A DNA stretch of 64,000 bases from an uncultured Alteromonadaceae bacterium (lineage in GTDB: Bacteria > Pseudomonadota > Gammaproteobacteria > Enterobacterales > Alteromonadaceae). Of the stretch, positions 1-9,600 are shown piece by piece. The stretch lies in assembly GCA_947503265.1 (NCBI GenBank), contig CANNDC010000021.1, positions 4,797 to 68,796 of the forward strand, read 5' to 3'. Position 1 is the stretch's first letter. The number at the start of each line of letters is the position of its first letter. The position numbers were made by a program, and so were the translations under genes. A model generated the notes under the pieces. The model was given only the letters and a program-made list of their open reading frames with translations, ran no database searches and was not told where the DNA came from.

Positions 1-303
1 ATAGTCACAGGTGTGAGAGTACTCAAGCATAAAGAAACGCCAGGGCTAGGTGATAAAATCGAAACTAGAATCAGTGATTGGATCACCCGTTTTACTGGAT
101 TGACTTTAACTGATGAAAATACCGATAAGTGGAAAGTGAAGAAAGATGGTGGACAGTTTGATCAATTTACTGGTGCCACGATTACACCCAGAGCTGTAGT
201 AGGAGCAGTAAAAAACACACTAATTTATTTTGAACAGAATAAAAAAGCACTGTTTGCTGCACCGAACAACTGCGATGCACCTGACCAAAACCAAGCGCAC
301 TAA
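1..303 (+). CDS. rnfG: Rnf/Rsx electron transport complex subunit G (3' part; gene starts before the window)
   Basis: Frame open from base 1; motifs [12 protein letters not shown] and [15 protein letters not shown] (FMN-binding Thr); directly upstream of rnfE-nth. Confidence 0.95.
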   Translation: MVTGVRVLKHKETPGLGDKIETRISDWITRFTGLTLTDENTDKWKVKKDGGQFDQFTGATITPRAVVGAVKNTLIYFEQNKKALFAAPNNCDAPDQNQAH

Positions 304-314
304 TTAGGTTATAG

Positions 315-1016
315 ATGATGAATGAATATCAACAACTAACATGGCAAGGAATATGGAAGAATAATCCCGCTATTGTGCAGCTTTTGGGTCTGTGTCCGCT
401 TCTTGCTGTCACTATGACAGTCGTAAACGGGCTGGGGCTGGGATTGGCAACCACACTTGTGCTAATCGGTTCAAATTGTACCGTCTCTCTAGTACGAAAT
501 TGGGTACCCAACGAAATTCGCATTCCCATTTTTGTGATGGTGATCGCCGCGTTTGTGACTATAGTTCAATTGGTCATGAATGCTTATACCTTTCAACTCT
601 ATGAAGCACTTGGCATCTTTATTCCGCTTATCGTAACCAATTGCGCCATTATAGGTAGAGCAGAAGCATATGCTTCCAAGAACCCGATTAAATATGCGGC
701 GTTTGACGGGGTCATGATGGGACTTGGATTTACATTAGTGTTAGTCATTCTAGGTGGTATGCGCGAATTATTAGGCTACGGAACATTGTTTTCAGGGGCT
801 GATTTATTACTGGGCGACTGGGCCAGTGCAATGAAAGTAACTGTTTTTGAAGCTGAAAGTCCATTTTTACTGGCGATTTTGCCCCCAGGAGCTTTCCTAG
901 GAATGGGGTTGCTCATTGCCCTAAAAAATGCGCTGAACAATCGCGTAGAGTCTTGGGTAGAAAGCGCTGACGAAGAAAAAGTCGTTCAACGCGCACGTGT
1001 TACAGCAGAGAGTTAA
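315..1016 (+). CDS. rnfE: Rnf/Rsx electron transport complex subunit E
   Basis: [20 protein letters not shown] and IPLIVTNC motifs; rnfG-rnfE-nth synteny. Confidence 0.97.
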   Translation: MMNEYQQLTWQGIWKNNPAIVQLLGLCPLLAVTMTVVNGLGLGLATTLVLIGSNCTVSLVRNWVPNEIRIPIFVMVIAAFVTIVQLVMNAYTFQLYEALGIFIPLIVTNCAIIGRAEAYASKNPIKYAAFDGVMMGLGFTLVLVILGGMRELLGYGTLFSGADLLLGDWASAMKVTVFEAESPFLLAILPPGAFLGMGLLIALKNALNNRVESWVESADEEKVVQRARVTAES

Positions 1017-1025
1017 TCCGACTAA

Positions 1026-1658
1026 ATGAATAAAGAGAAACGGCACGAGATCCTTACTCGATTAAGAGATGCTAATCCTAACCCTACAACAGAACTCAAC
1101 TATTCATCCCCGTTTGAGCTGCTTATTGCAGTCATTTTATCCGCTCAGGCAACCGATGTGGGTGTCAATAAAGCCACCGATAAACTTTATCCAGTCGCAA
1201 ACACGCCAGAAACTATCTTTGCATTAGGTGTCGAGGGTTTAAAGGAATATATCAAAACCATTGGCTTGTTTAATGCCAAAGCTGAAAACGTCATCAAGAC
1301 GTGTAAAATTCTTATGGAACAACATGGTTCGCAAGTACCCGAAAACCGAGAAGCACTTGAAGCGCTGCCAGGCGTTGGGCGCAAAACCGCAAATGTTGTT
1401 TTAAATACAGCGTTTGGCTGGCCAACCATCGCTGTGGATACCCATATTTTCAGGGTATCGAATCGAACCAAGCTTGCAATGGGTAAAAACGTCGATAAGG
1501 TCGAAGAAAAGTTACTCAAAGTTGTACCTTCCGAATTCAAAGTCGATGTGCATCACTGGCTAATTCTTCATGGCCGATACACCTGCATTGCACGCAAGCC
1601 AAGATGCGGTTCCTGCATTATTGAAGATTTGTGTGAGTTTAAGGATAAGACTGAGTGA
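1026..1658 (+). CDS. nth: Endonuclease III
   Basis: LLIAVILSAQATD, HhH motif LPGVGRKTANVVL, VDTH, 4Fe-4S motif C-X6-C-X2-C-X5-C. Confidence 0.99.
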   Translation: MNKEKRHEILTRLRDANPNPTTELNYSSPFELLIAVILSAQATDVGVNKATDKLYPVANTPETIFALGVEGLKEYIKTIGLFNAKAENVIKTCKILMEQHGSQVPENREALEALPGVGRKTANVVLNTAFGWPTIAVDTHIFRVSNRTKLAMGKNVDKVEEKLLKVVPSEFKVDVHHWLILHGRYTCIARKPRCGSCIIEDLCEFKDKTE

Positions 1659-1735
1659 GCACAAACAGTTTTGTGCCTAAAGCAAACGCAGGGTTTTAGA
1701 ACTAATGCTTGCGTTGTTTTAACAATCTAGCTAAA

Positions 1736-1764
1736 GTGTGTATATATTTAAAATTTATACACAC
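1736..1764. promoter_or_regulatory. Palindromic operator upstream of vapBC (probable autoregulation site)
   Basis: GTGTGTATA-TATTTAAAATT-TATACACAC: perfect 9-bp arms, near-perfect 29-bp palindrome ending 8 bp before the vapB ATG. Confidence 0.7.
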
Positions 1765-1772
1765 GGTGATAT

Positions 1773-1967
1773 ATGCGCACTAACATTGTTATCGACGATG
1801 AACTAATGTCTCAAGCGATAAAATCAACTGGATTGAGAACTAAAAAAGAAGTAGTTGAACAAGGCCTTAAACTTTTGATTCAAAGGAAAAAACAACAATC
1901 AATCAGGGAATTAAGGGGGCAAATCACTTGGGAAGGCAACCTCGATGAAATGAGGAGTAATGAGTGA
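1773..1967 (+). CDS. vapB: Type II antitoxin, VapB family
   Basis: 64 aa, MRTNIVIDDELM N-terminus typical of VapB; stop overlaps the GTG start of the PIN toxin. Confidence 0.88.
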   Translation: MRTNIVIDDELMSQAIKSTGLRTKKEVVEQGLKLLIQRKKQQSIRELRGQITWEGNLDEMRSNE

Positions 1968-2365
1968 TTCTCGCTGACACGAGTGTTTGGGTTGATTATT
2001 TAAATGGTCGAGTTACTCCGAAAACTGATTTTCTTGATGAGAGTCTGAAGGATGGGACGCTTGCCATGGGAGACCTAATTTTTCTTGAAATACTTCAGGG
2101 GATCGGAGACGACGAGCAGTTTCAGGAAGTGCATACTAGATTATCTTTGTTAGACCAATATTCGATGCTTAATACTGATTCGGTCGTGAGATATGCAAAA
2201 AATTATAGAAAACTGCGCAAAAAAGGAATTACGATTAGAAAGACAAACGACGTCGTGATTGCATCTTTCTGCATTCAAGAGAACATACCATTACTGTTCT
2301 CTGATAGAGATTTCAAACCATTTATAGAACATTTTGGCCTTAGGCCAGCTTACCTAGAGACATGA
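1964..2365 (+). CDS. vapC: Type II toxin, VapC PIN-domain ribonuclease
   Basis: ILADTSVWVDYL, E in IFLEILQG, TNDVVIA and LLFSDRDF acidic PIN motifs. Confidence 0.92.
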   Translation: MILADTSVWVDYLNGRVTPKTDFLDESLKDGTLAMGDLIFLEILQGIGDDEQFQEVHTRLSLLDQYSMLNTDSVVRYAKNYRKLRKKGITIRKTNDVVIASFCIQENIPLLFSDRDFKPFIEHFGLRPAYLET

Positions 2366-2616
2366 GCACTAGCAAACTGCTGTGAGGACTTTGCACAGAA
2401 ACTCTTTGATTTACAGCTTCAATTTCTTTCCAGACTGTCTGCAAGTATGCCAATGGTTTTTGAGAAAAAACATTAGCCATGTAACATACAAAAACATAAT
2501 TCTATAAAAATAAACTCGGTCTTTATTACGACATTATATTGCTTAGTTATATTGACCAGCATCAATCCAAATGCCGTGGCAAATGAAACAGGTTCAATAG
2601 TAAAGACAAAAGAATG

Positions 2617-2672
2617 GATGCGGTTCCTGCATCATTGAAGACTTGTGTGAATTTCAGGATAAGACAGAGTAA
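2617..2672 (+). repeat. Direct repeat of the last 56 nt of nth (copy 2)
   Basis: 50/56 nt identical to 1603-1658; reads CGSCIIEDLCEFQDKTE* vs CGSCIIEDLCEFKDKTE*. Confidence 0.97.
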
Positions 2673-2698
2673 ATAACTGTCCGCAAGTATCTTCGAAC

Positions 2699-3877
2699 TC
2701 AAGGTTTCAATACGTTATCGCTACCTTCCTGATTTAAGTTTAGCGCTCGTATTGGGTATGGAATCACTATCCCTTCTTCTGCGAACCTTTTATGTAGGGC
2801 TTTGATAAATTCGGATTTAATAAAAAACCGATTAAAATATTCCTGAGCTCGCAGCATCACTGTCAAATTGATACTAGAGTCATCAAAACCCGTAAAGATG
2901 ACAAATGTGTCATATTCGGAGATACCCCATTTGTGGCTTTTCAACACTTGTTGGGCAACTTCAAGCGTCACTTTTTCAACTTGATCTAGGTCAGAATCAT
3001 AGTGCACACCAAGATCTACCGGCACAGACAGCTGTTTTTCAGGATAGTAATAGTTGATTATTTTAGACTGTGCGAGCTTGCTGTTAGGCATAATAACGAT
3101 GTTGTTTGGAAGCATTTTTATCCAGGTGGAGCGCCATCCTATCCTTTCGACGAAGCCTTGTTCACCTGAATCTAGCTCTATAAAGTCGCCTACTCTGATC
3201 GGTTTATCAGCCAGCATTTGAATGCCTGAGAAAAAGTTCTCCAGCGTTGGTTGCAGCGCTAGAGCTACCGCGAGGGAGCCAATACCTAAAGAAGCGACAA
3301 GAGGCGTGATCGAAACACCGACATTGCTAAGTATAATTAACACACCAATGACAATAATCACACCGCGCAGAAGACCTCTTAATAAGGGACCACTGCTGCG
3401 CAAACCACTCCCCTTTGAAATAATGCGTGTAATACTCATACGAGCAAAGTGATCGGTGAAAACTAACAATGATACGATCATAAGCAGCAATGCAACTGTA
3501 TTGATCTGAGTCGCCCACGTAATTACCGTTTCGTCATAGAGTTGTACAAGCTTTTCTGTGGCCTTTAAACTTATTGTAACTATCAACAGACTTAAGGGAC
3601 GTTTGGCAGCACGCACTGCAATGCCAGACCACTCATAGTTTTTTGAGTGATTCAACTCTCTTAAATACATGTATAAAAAGCGTTTCATCAACCAAAGGCT
3701 AGACAACACGATGAAGAAGAATGTTGGCCCTATTGCCCAATAAGGAATCCACTCAGTTAGCCAACTAAGAATATTTGTAATTGCGGTCAAGAGAGTATGC
3801 ATCCTGTTAAAGTACTTAATAGCCTTTAAAGCAATTATCACACCACTAAAACAAACCACATTAATAGTGTAGTTCAT
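2699..3877 (-). CDS. Small-conductance mechanosensitive channel (MscS family); start codon uncertain (3877 or 3802)
   Basis: ASLGIGSLAVALALQPTLENFFSG, KPIRVGDFI, GFVERIGWRSTWI, IIMPNSKL motifs. Confidence 0.92.
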   Translation of the reverse strand: MNYTINVVCFSGVIIALKAIKYFNRMHTLLTAITNILSWLTEWIPYWAIGPTFFFIVLSSLWLMKRFLYMYLRELNHSKNYEWSGIAVRAAKRPLSLLIVTISLKATEKLVQLYDETVITWATQINTVALLLMIVSLLVFTDHFARMSITRIISKGSGLRSSGPLLRGLLRGVIIVIGVLIILSNVGVSITPLVASLGIGSLAVALALQPTLENFFSGIQMLADKPIRVGDFIELDSGEQGFVERIGWRSTWIKMLPNNIVIMPNSKLAQSKIINYYYPEKQLSVPVDLGVHYDSDLDQVEKVTLEVAQQVLKSHKWGISEYDTFVIFTGFDDSSINLTVMLRAQEYFNRFFIKSEFIKALHKRFAEEGIVIPYPIRALNLNQEGSDNVLKP

Positions 3878-4075
3878 TGAAATATATCAATATTTGATGT
3901 CCCTGCTGACGCTATCGCACTCTATCCATGCAACACTGCACCATGTTGATGTTAATCAATATCGTAAGTAAAGTTAGTGCAGATTGCATATTTGCTTTGG
4001 CGCTTTTGCTATCGTTGATTTGCAAGGATCATAATCATCTAATCTTTACCTTGTTTATGTCTACTTTCCTTATCT

Positions 4076-4321
4076 TTTGGTTAGAATTCCATAGCGGCAG
4101 ACACCCGCATTTCACGCGTTTCCAATCGCACCAAACTGGCAATGGGTAAACACGCCGATCAGGTAGGACAAAAGCTCCTGAAAGTAGCGCCTAAAGAATT
4201 CAAGGTAGACGCGCATCACGGGCCAATTCTTCCTGGCCATTACACCTATTTTGCACGCAAGCCTAGATGCGAAGCCTGAATCTTTGAAGAATTGTATGAG
4301 TTTAAGGATAAGACGGACTAG
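4076..4321 (+). pseudogene. Decayed copy of the 3' 246 nt of nth (copy 3)
   Basis: Colinear without indels with 1413-1658; 52/76 aa identical over 4091-4318; nonsense codons replace W (TAG 4082) and C (TGA); three of four FeS cysteines lost. Confidence 0.95.
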
Positions 4322-4410
4322 GTAAATGCCTTACGAAAGCTGTGAATTGAACGGTTCAACGCACAGCGCAAATTTTTAATTTGTACTTTCATATGACAAT
4401 TTTTATTCAG

Positions 4411-4779
4411 TTACTCGGTGCAAAGATTTGGAATGGCTAGTTTGCTAAATAGATGGGGCGAAGTTACAGCCGAAGAAGGGTATACTTTTAAGGTTTCTTG
4501 AAAATCAGGGTGGTTAAAAGCGTTTCTGAAGGTTTCGACAGATTCCCAAACAGCATAATTCATAAATACGGTGCTCCCTGCTATGCCCCTGTGTAATTGA
4601 GTTGAAATATATCCAGGCTGTTTTTTCATCCAATTCGCGTCATTTTCCCACGCTTTTAAAAGTGCTGAAATATCTTCTTCTGCTACATTAAAAATGTTTA
4701 CAAGCACTACAGGCGACTGCTCTGTTTTTAGTTGCTCAAAAATAGGTATTTGCTTATCAAGGGGTTGCATATCTATCAT
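4411..4779 (-). CDS. Antibiotic biosynthesis monooxygenase (ABM) family protein
   Basis: QPGYISTQLHRG...FMNYAVWES motif, 122 aa. Confidence 0.85.
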   Translation of the reverse strand: MIDMQPLDKQIPIFEQLKTEQSPVVLVNIFNVAEEDISALLKAWENDANWMKKQPGYISTQLHRGIAGSTVFMNYAVWESVETFRNAFNHPDFQETLKVYPSSAVTSPHLFSKLAIPNLCTE

Positions 4780-4834
4780 ATAAATTCTCCAGTATATGTT
4801 TTCAAATATTCTTAATTCAAACTTCTTGCATAGA

Positions 4835-5287
4835 TTAGTTAGATGCGTTTGGTCTTAACTTGCCTGTCATTTGAAGGCCATCTCTAAAATTCAAACCCAT
4901 CAGTATTAGATTGGTAGCACCAGCCATTAGCTCCACCCCCTGTACGATATAAAATTTTGTATCAAAGGAACCTGAACTTGCCCAAAGGCTCAGAAAAATC
5001 GCACAGGGCGTGAGAACAAATAGTCCATTCACAGCTATAAATGGCATTCGTTTTCTCTTCTTACCGATCAATTGGCCTTTTCTGTTTTTGCTTAAGGAAA
5101 AACCTGTACCGCCAACTAATGCCATTGCGGGAATTAAGATGTACAAACCTGGGTTAACGACTAAGGTTTTTACTATTGTGATCGCTTCTTTCGAGCCGAA
5201 TAACTCGACAGCGATGGTAGAAGTAAAAAAAGTCGCAATACAAAAGGTTGCAACGATAGCAGCGACAAGATGTATATTACGTTTCAT
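4835..5287 (-). CDS. Conserved multi-pass membrane protein of unknown function (likely start MKRNIHL at 5287)
   Basis: Four hydrophobic segments and a KRMPFIAVNG motif; the ORF-track extension to 5392 overlaps the operator and marR. Confidence 0.75.
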   Translation of the reverse strand: MKRNIHLVAAIVATFCIATFFTSTIAVELFGSKEAITIVKTLVVNPGLYILIPAMALVGGTGFSLSKNRKGQLIGKKRKRMPFIAVNGLFVLTPCAIFLSLWASSGSFDTKFYIVQGVELMAGATNLILMGLNFRDGLQMTGKLRPNASN

Positions 5288-5302
5288 TAACTGGCCTCTT
5301 GA

Positions 5303-5363
5303 ATTATAATGACAACATATTGTCATTATAATACTCACAAAGCAGTTTGACAACATATTGTCA
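5303..5363. promoter_or_regulatory. Two identical palindromic operators TGACAA-CATA-TTGTCA (probable MarR sites)
   Basis: 5310-5325 (within 13-bp arms 5303-5332) and 5348-5363, between the divergent membrane gene and marR. Confidence 0.8.
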
Positions 5364-5379
5364 TTAAATAGGAAAAGCG

Positions 5380-5829
5380 ATGGAACACACACTGAAAGGC
5401 AGCATTTTGACGGAAGTATTTGTGGAGACCTTTAAGCTAAATGGTTTTTTGATTGCGGCAGGAGACCAATTGGTCAAAGAGCTTAATTTGACAAGCGCTC
5501 GCTGGAAAATACTTGGGGCGCTGTCCCAGAGCAAAAATTCGATGACTGTACCAGAAATAGCAAGAACAATGGGACAGTCAAGGCAGGCTGTTCAACGACT
5601 AGCCAATGAAATGACGGATGATGGGTTGCTTGAGCCTGTAGATAACCCAAATCACCAAAAAGCAAAGCTAATATGTATTACAAACAAAGGTCAAGACACT
5701 TACAACAAGGTGATGGAAAAGCAAATTCCATGGGCAAATGCTATTGCGCAAGATTTAAAAGAGGCTGACTTAGAATCTGCTTTATCGACTTTAAAATTTC
5801 TTAACAGCTATATGGGGCATAGATCTTAA
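5380..5829 (+). CDS. MarR family transcriptional regulator
   Basis: LTSARWKIL...TVPEIARTMGQSRQAVQRLANEM..DGLL winged helix. Confidence 0.92.
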   Translation: MEHTLKGSILTEVFVETFKLNGFLIAAGDQLVKELNLTSARWKILGALSQSKNSMTVPEIARTMGQSRQAVQRLANEMTDDGLLEPVDNPNHQKAKLICITNKGQDTYNKVMEKQIPWANAIAQDLKEADLESALSTLKFLNSYMGHRS

Positions 5830-5946
5830 ATAGGGGAAGTCAAAGAGCTCCTTAGACTTATTACATTTAGAGAGTACGAGAATAATAATTATGCCTAGCA
5901 ACTTGAAAAAGTTCGTCAAGTTAGCATCACTAGGGTTTTAGAACAT

Positions 5947-6081
5947 TTATCTATTTAACGCTTTTCTCTTCTTAATCTTTGCGCCTAAACAACGCTCAAC
6001 ATTCTTCCTACCCATATAAGCAACAGGTGCATAAGGGCTTCGTTTTTTTAACTGTTTCTTAACTAACTTTATTAACTTCAA
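5947..6081 (-). CDS. Candidate 44-aa highly basic small protein (not in ORF track)
   Basis: TTG start 5 nt after GAGG; MKLIKLVKKQLKKRSPYAPVAYMGRKNVERCLGAKIKKRKALNR*; 16 K/R, 1 acidic. Confidence 0.4.
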   Translation of the reverse strand: MKLIKLVKKQLKKRSPYAPVAYMGRKNVERCLGAKIKKRKALNR

Positions 6082-6697
6082 GCTTGCCTCTAGGATATTT
6101 TACTCATGAAAAATGACGTGTAACTCACGTATAGTTTAGCATGGGTAAAAAATTTTTCATAAATTTTAATAAAAATGTCATAATTTTGTAATATTTAAAA
6201 AGTTTCAGTCTTCTATTTTGCTTTTAATACAGAAGAATTAGTTTGCCGCTTTAACGCCATCGTTGTCAGTATTTAAACGGCTGATATTTTAAATTTCTCT
6301 AAAATACAAACTTGCTATTATGAGCTTGTGTAAAGCCTTTGAATATTATCTCAAGCCGATCAATTTCAACCTGCAATGAGCGCGCGGGCTGCTGAATTTC
6401 AGTTAGTACATTCCTTCTTAACGAACAGGTTATTAGATTAATTACGGTCCAGTGTTTCACGACATAGATAACACCATCCTAAATCTACTTGTCGATGACG
6501 AAGATAGCTTGCTGCAATTGGTAATTTCTGAGAGACGCGAGCCTTACGATGCCAAATATCGCTATACCGAATAACGTCAGCTTGCCTACAAAAGTTAGGG
6601 AAGCACTAAATAATTTTCATAATAGACTGATAATGCATTCGAGTTTAGGCTATAAATCACCTAGATAAAGCGATAACGGCTAGCGAGTCAAAAAATA

Positions 6698-9600
6698 ATG
6701 GCGAATCATTCCTTGCTGCTGGCAACATTAGTGCTCATCTCGATTACATGTACTGCACATGCGGATAATCTCTCCCAAAAAGCGTTTAAAGCGCCTGCTA
6801 AAAACTATCAACCTAAAACTTGGATGCATGCCATGAATGGCAATATTAGCAAACCAGGATTTACTGAAGATTTTAAAGCAATGAAAGACGTGGGCATTGG
6901 AGGGGCGATTTTCTTCCATGTGCACCGGCGCAATGTCCCCTATTCTTCTAGAGGCCCGGTTCGGTTTGGAAGCAATGAGTTTTACGAGCATTTAGTTCAT
7001 GCAGCCGCTCAAGCCGATAAAAATGACATCGAATTTGGCATCCACAATTCTGATGGTTGGACATCAAGCGGTGGTCCGTGGGTAACGCCTGAAATGTCAA
7101 TGAAGCGAATAACCTGGTCGGAACAATTTGTCCAATCCCCTAATGGCGGCCAATCCTTTGTGCCACAACAACCCGGTTTCGCAGAAGGTTTATATCGTGA
7201 TGTAGCAGTTATTGCCTTACCTGAGAATAAATATAATCAACAGAATGTATTTGCTAATGCAGTATTTTCATCTTCAGACCCCACGCTTGATGCTAGCGTG
7301 TTGGGCGATAAAGATTGGGATACAGAATTCACATTTATTGAAAATAATGACGACGAGTATTGGATACAAGTAGAAGTAGCCGAGCCCACTACTTTGCGCA
7401 GTTTACAAATTGAAACTCCGACAAGGCATGGCGAAGGAGCTTTACAAATTTCAGACGATGGTAAAACTTTTACTACGGTGGTTGAAAAGTTACGTCGCCC
7501 TCGAACAGGAGCAAGAATGTGGGCATTCAGTCCACAACTAGTGAATGAAGGTCAAGATGGGTATACAGCTAAATACTTTCGGTTTGTGTTTACTAAACCC
7601 ATTATCCTAAAAAGATTTGATTTATGGTCCATTCCGCGTTTTTCCCACTGGTTATCGATGAACTCGATGGAACGTGGGGGCCTTAGTATGGCACCTAGCC
7701 TGCCACAAGATGCGGTTGTTAAATCCCAAGACGTTATGCTGCTAAACCGCGGTGAATTGCCAAAAAACGGTATTCGCTTGCCAGCAGGAAACTGGCATAT
7801 TTTGCGCTTCGGATACACTAGCACAGGCGCGTTTAATGTTCCTGCAACCATTGAAGGGGAAGGTTTAGAAATTGACAAATTTGATGCGAAATCTTTGCAA
7901 TTTCATTTTGATCAGTTCGTAGGTAAATTAGTTAAAAAAGTCCGTGAAAAAGGCATTAATTCACTCAAAACCACCGAGATTGACAGCTACGAAGTAGGCG
8001 GGCAAAACTGGACGAGAGGTATTGAAGACACTTTTAAGAAAAAATTTGAATATGACTTCATCAAATGGCTGCCACTCCTAACCGGGCGCGTTATCGAATC
8101 GCCAGAACATTCAGGCGCTATCCTACAAGAGTTTCGGCAGCATTTGTCTGACTTAATGGTTGAAAACTATTTTGGCGAATTTACACGATTAACCGAGCAA
8201 TACGGTTTGGAATCGTATATTGAACCATATGGATGGGGACCTTTTGATGAACTGGCCGCAGGTGGCAAAGCCGATCGATTAATGGGGGAATTTTGGGTAC
8301 GCGACCGAGAATATAACGGTCGTGTTATGGCTGCCATTTCATCGGGCCATATTTATGGGAAAAAAATCATCTCAGCCGAATCGTTTACCTCAATCAATAC
8401 TGTAAATTGGTACGGTCATCCATATTTCTATAAACACTATGGCGATCAAATGTGGGCACGAGGAATTAACGAGACCATGTTTCATCGTTTTGCTCATCAG
8501 CCAAACAATCATATTAAACCGGGTATGACGATGGACTCGATTGGCTCTCATATCGATCGCACTCAAACTTGGTGGGGCAACGGTGGGGTTGAATGGTTTA
8601 AGTATCTTGCAAGAGGCTCGTATTTATTACAACAGGGTGTGCCTGATGCTGACTTTTTAATACACCTTGGTGATATCGCGCCGCTTAGAGTTGGAAATGC
8701 AAATAACACCGGGGTGCCTGATGGTTTCGCCTATGACTATACAAACACAGATGTATTGCTTAACCGTGTGAGTGTCAAAGACGGTTGGTTGGTGTTGCCA
8801 GAGGGTACTCGTTATCGAGCATTACAACTGCATAATACTGAGTACCTTCATTTAAAAACCTTGAAAAGAGTACAAGAACTGGTTGAGCAAGGTGCTACGG
8901 TGATCGCTGATAAACCTAAAAAAGTCATTGGGTATAGCGAATGGCCACAAGACGAAGAATTTCAGGCTATAACACAAACACTGTGGGGCGATGGCAGCCC
9001 CCAAATACGGCAAATCAATAAGGGAAGAATAAGTAGCTTGGGGCTTGAAGAAAGCATTCAACAATTAGGTTACGAAGCCGACCTGAAACTGAATGGAGTC
9101 GCGGCTAAGTTGTTTGCACATCGACGAATCGCCGGCAACGATCTTTACTATTTTTATAATGACAAACCTGAATTTTCTCAACTGGAAGTGGACATTCGAA
9201 ATGGCGACGGAAAGCCAGAAATTTGGAATATTGATGACGGTAGTATCGAAGAAATTACACGGTATCAGCGTAAAGGCAATCGTTTAATTACCCAATTGGC
9301 ACTTGAACCTTACGCTGGCCGTTTTGTACTTATCCGCAGAGACGGTAAATTACCAAAATACGATGGGACACATTCTCAACTTGTTCAAGATATTTATTTA
9401 AATACAAATCAAACCCGTGCTGTAAAAGAATTGTCTGGGGCGTGGGAGCTTGAATTTGACACTAATTGGGGTGGCCCAAGCAAGATTATTTTTAATGAGT
9501 TATCTGACTGGATACAACATAGTGATGACGCTGTTAAACATTATTCAGGTACAGCTAAATACGCCAAAAATTTCAGTATAACTAAGCACGAACTTGCAGC

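Noticed and set aside
2339-2481. 46-codon minus-strand ORF MANVFSQKPL... overlapping the vapC end
   Set aside because: No RBS or recognisable features; likely incidental.
5891-5944. AGGGTTTTAGAAC identical to 1690-1702 just downstream of nth, with a loose TGCCTA..GCAA match before it
   Set aside because: A single 13-bp match with no recognisable nth coding remnant upstream; could be a fifth boundary but is not supportable.
6251-6620. Possible decayed gene (minus frame with 1 frameshift and 4 stops in 123 codons; plus-strand fragments also look protein-like)
   Set aside because: Stop density is not clearly below chance, the strand is ambiguous and no family was recognised.
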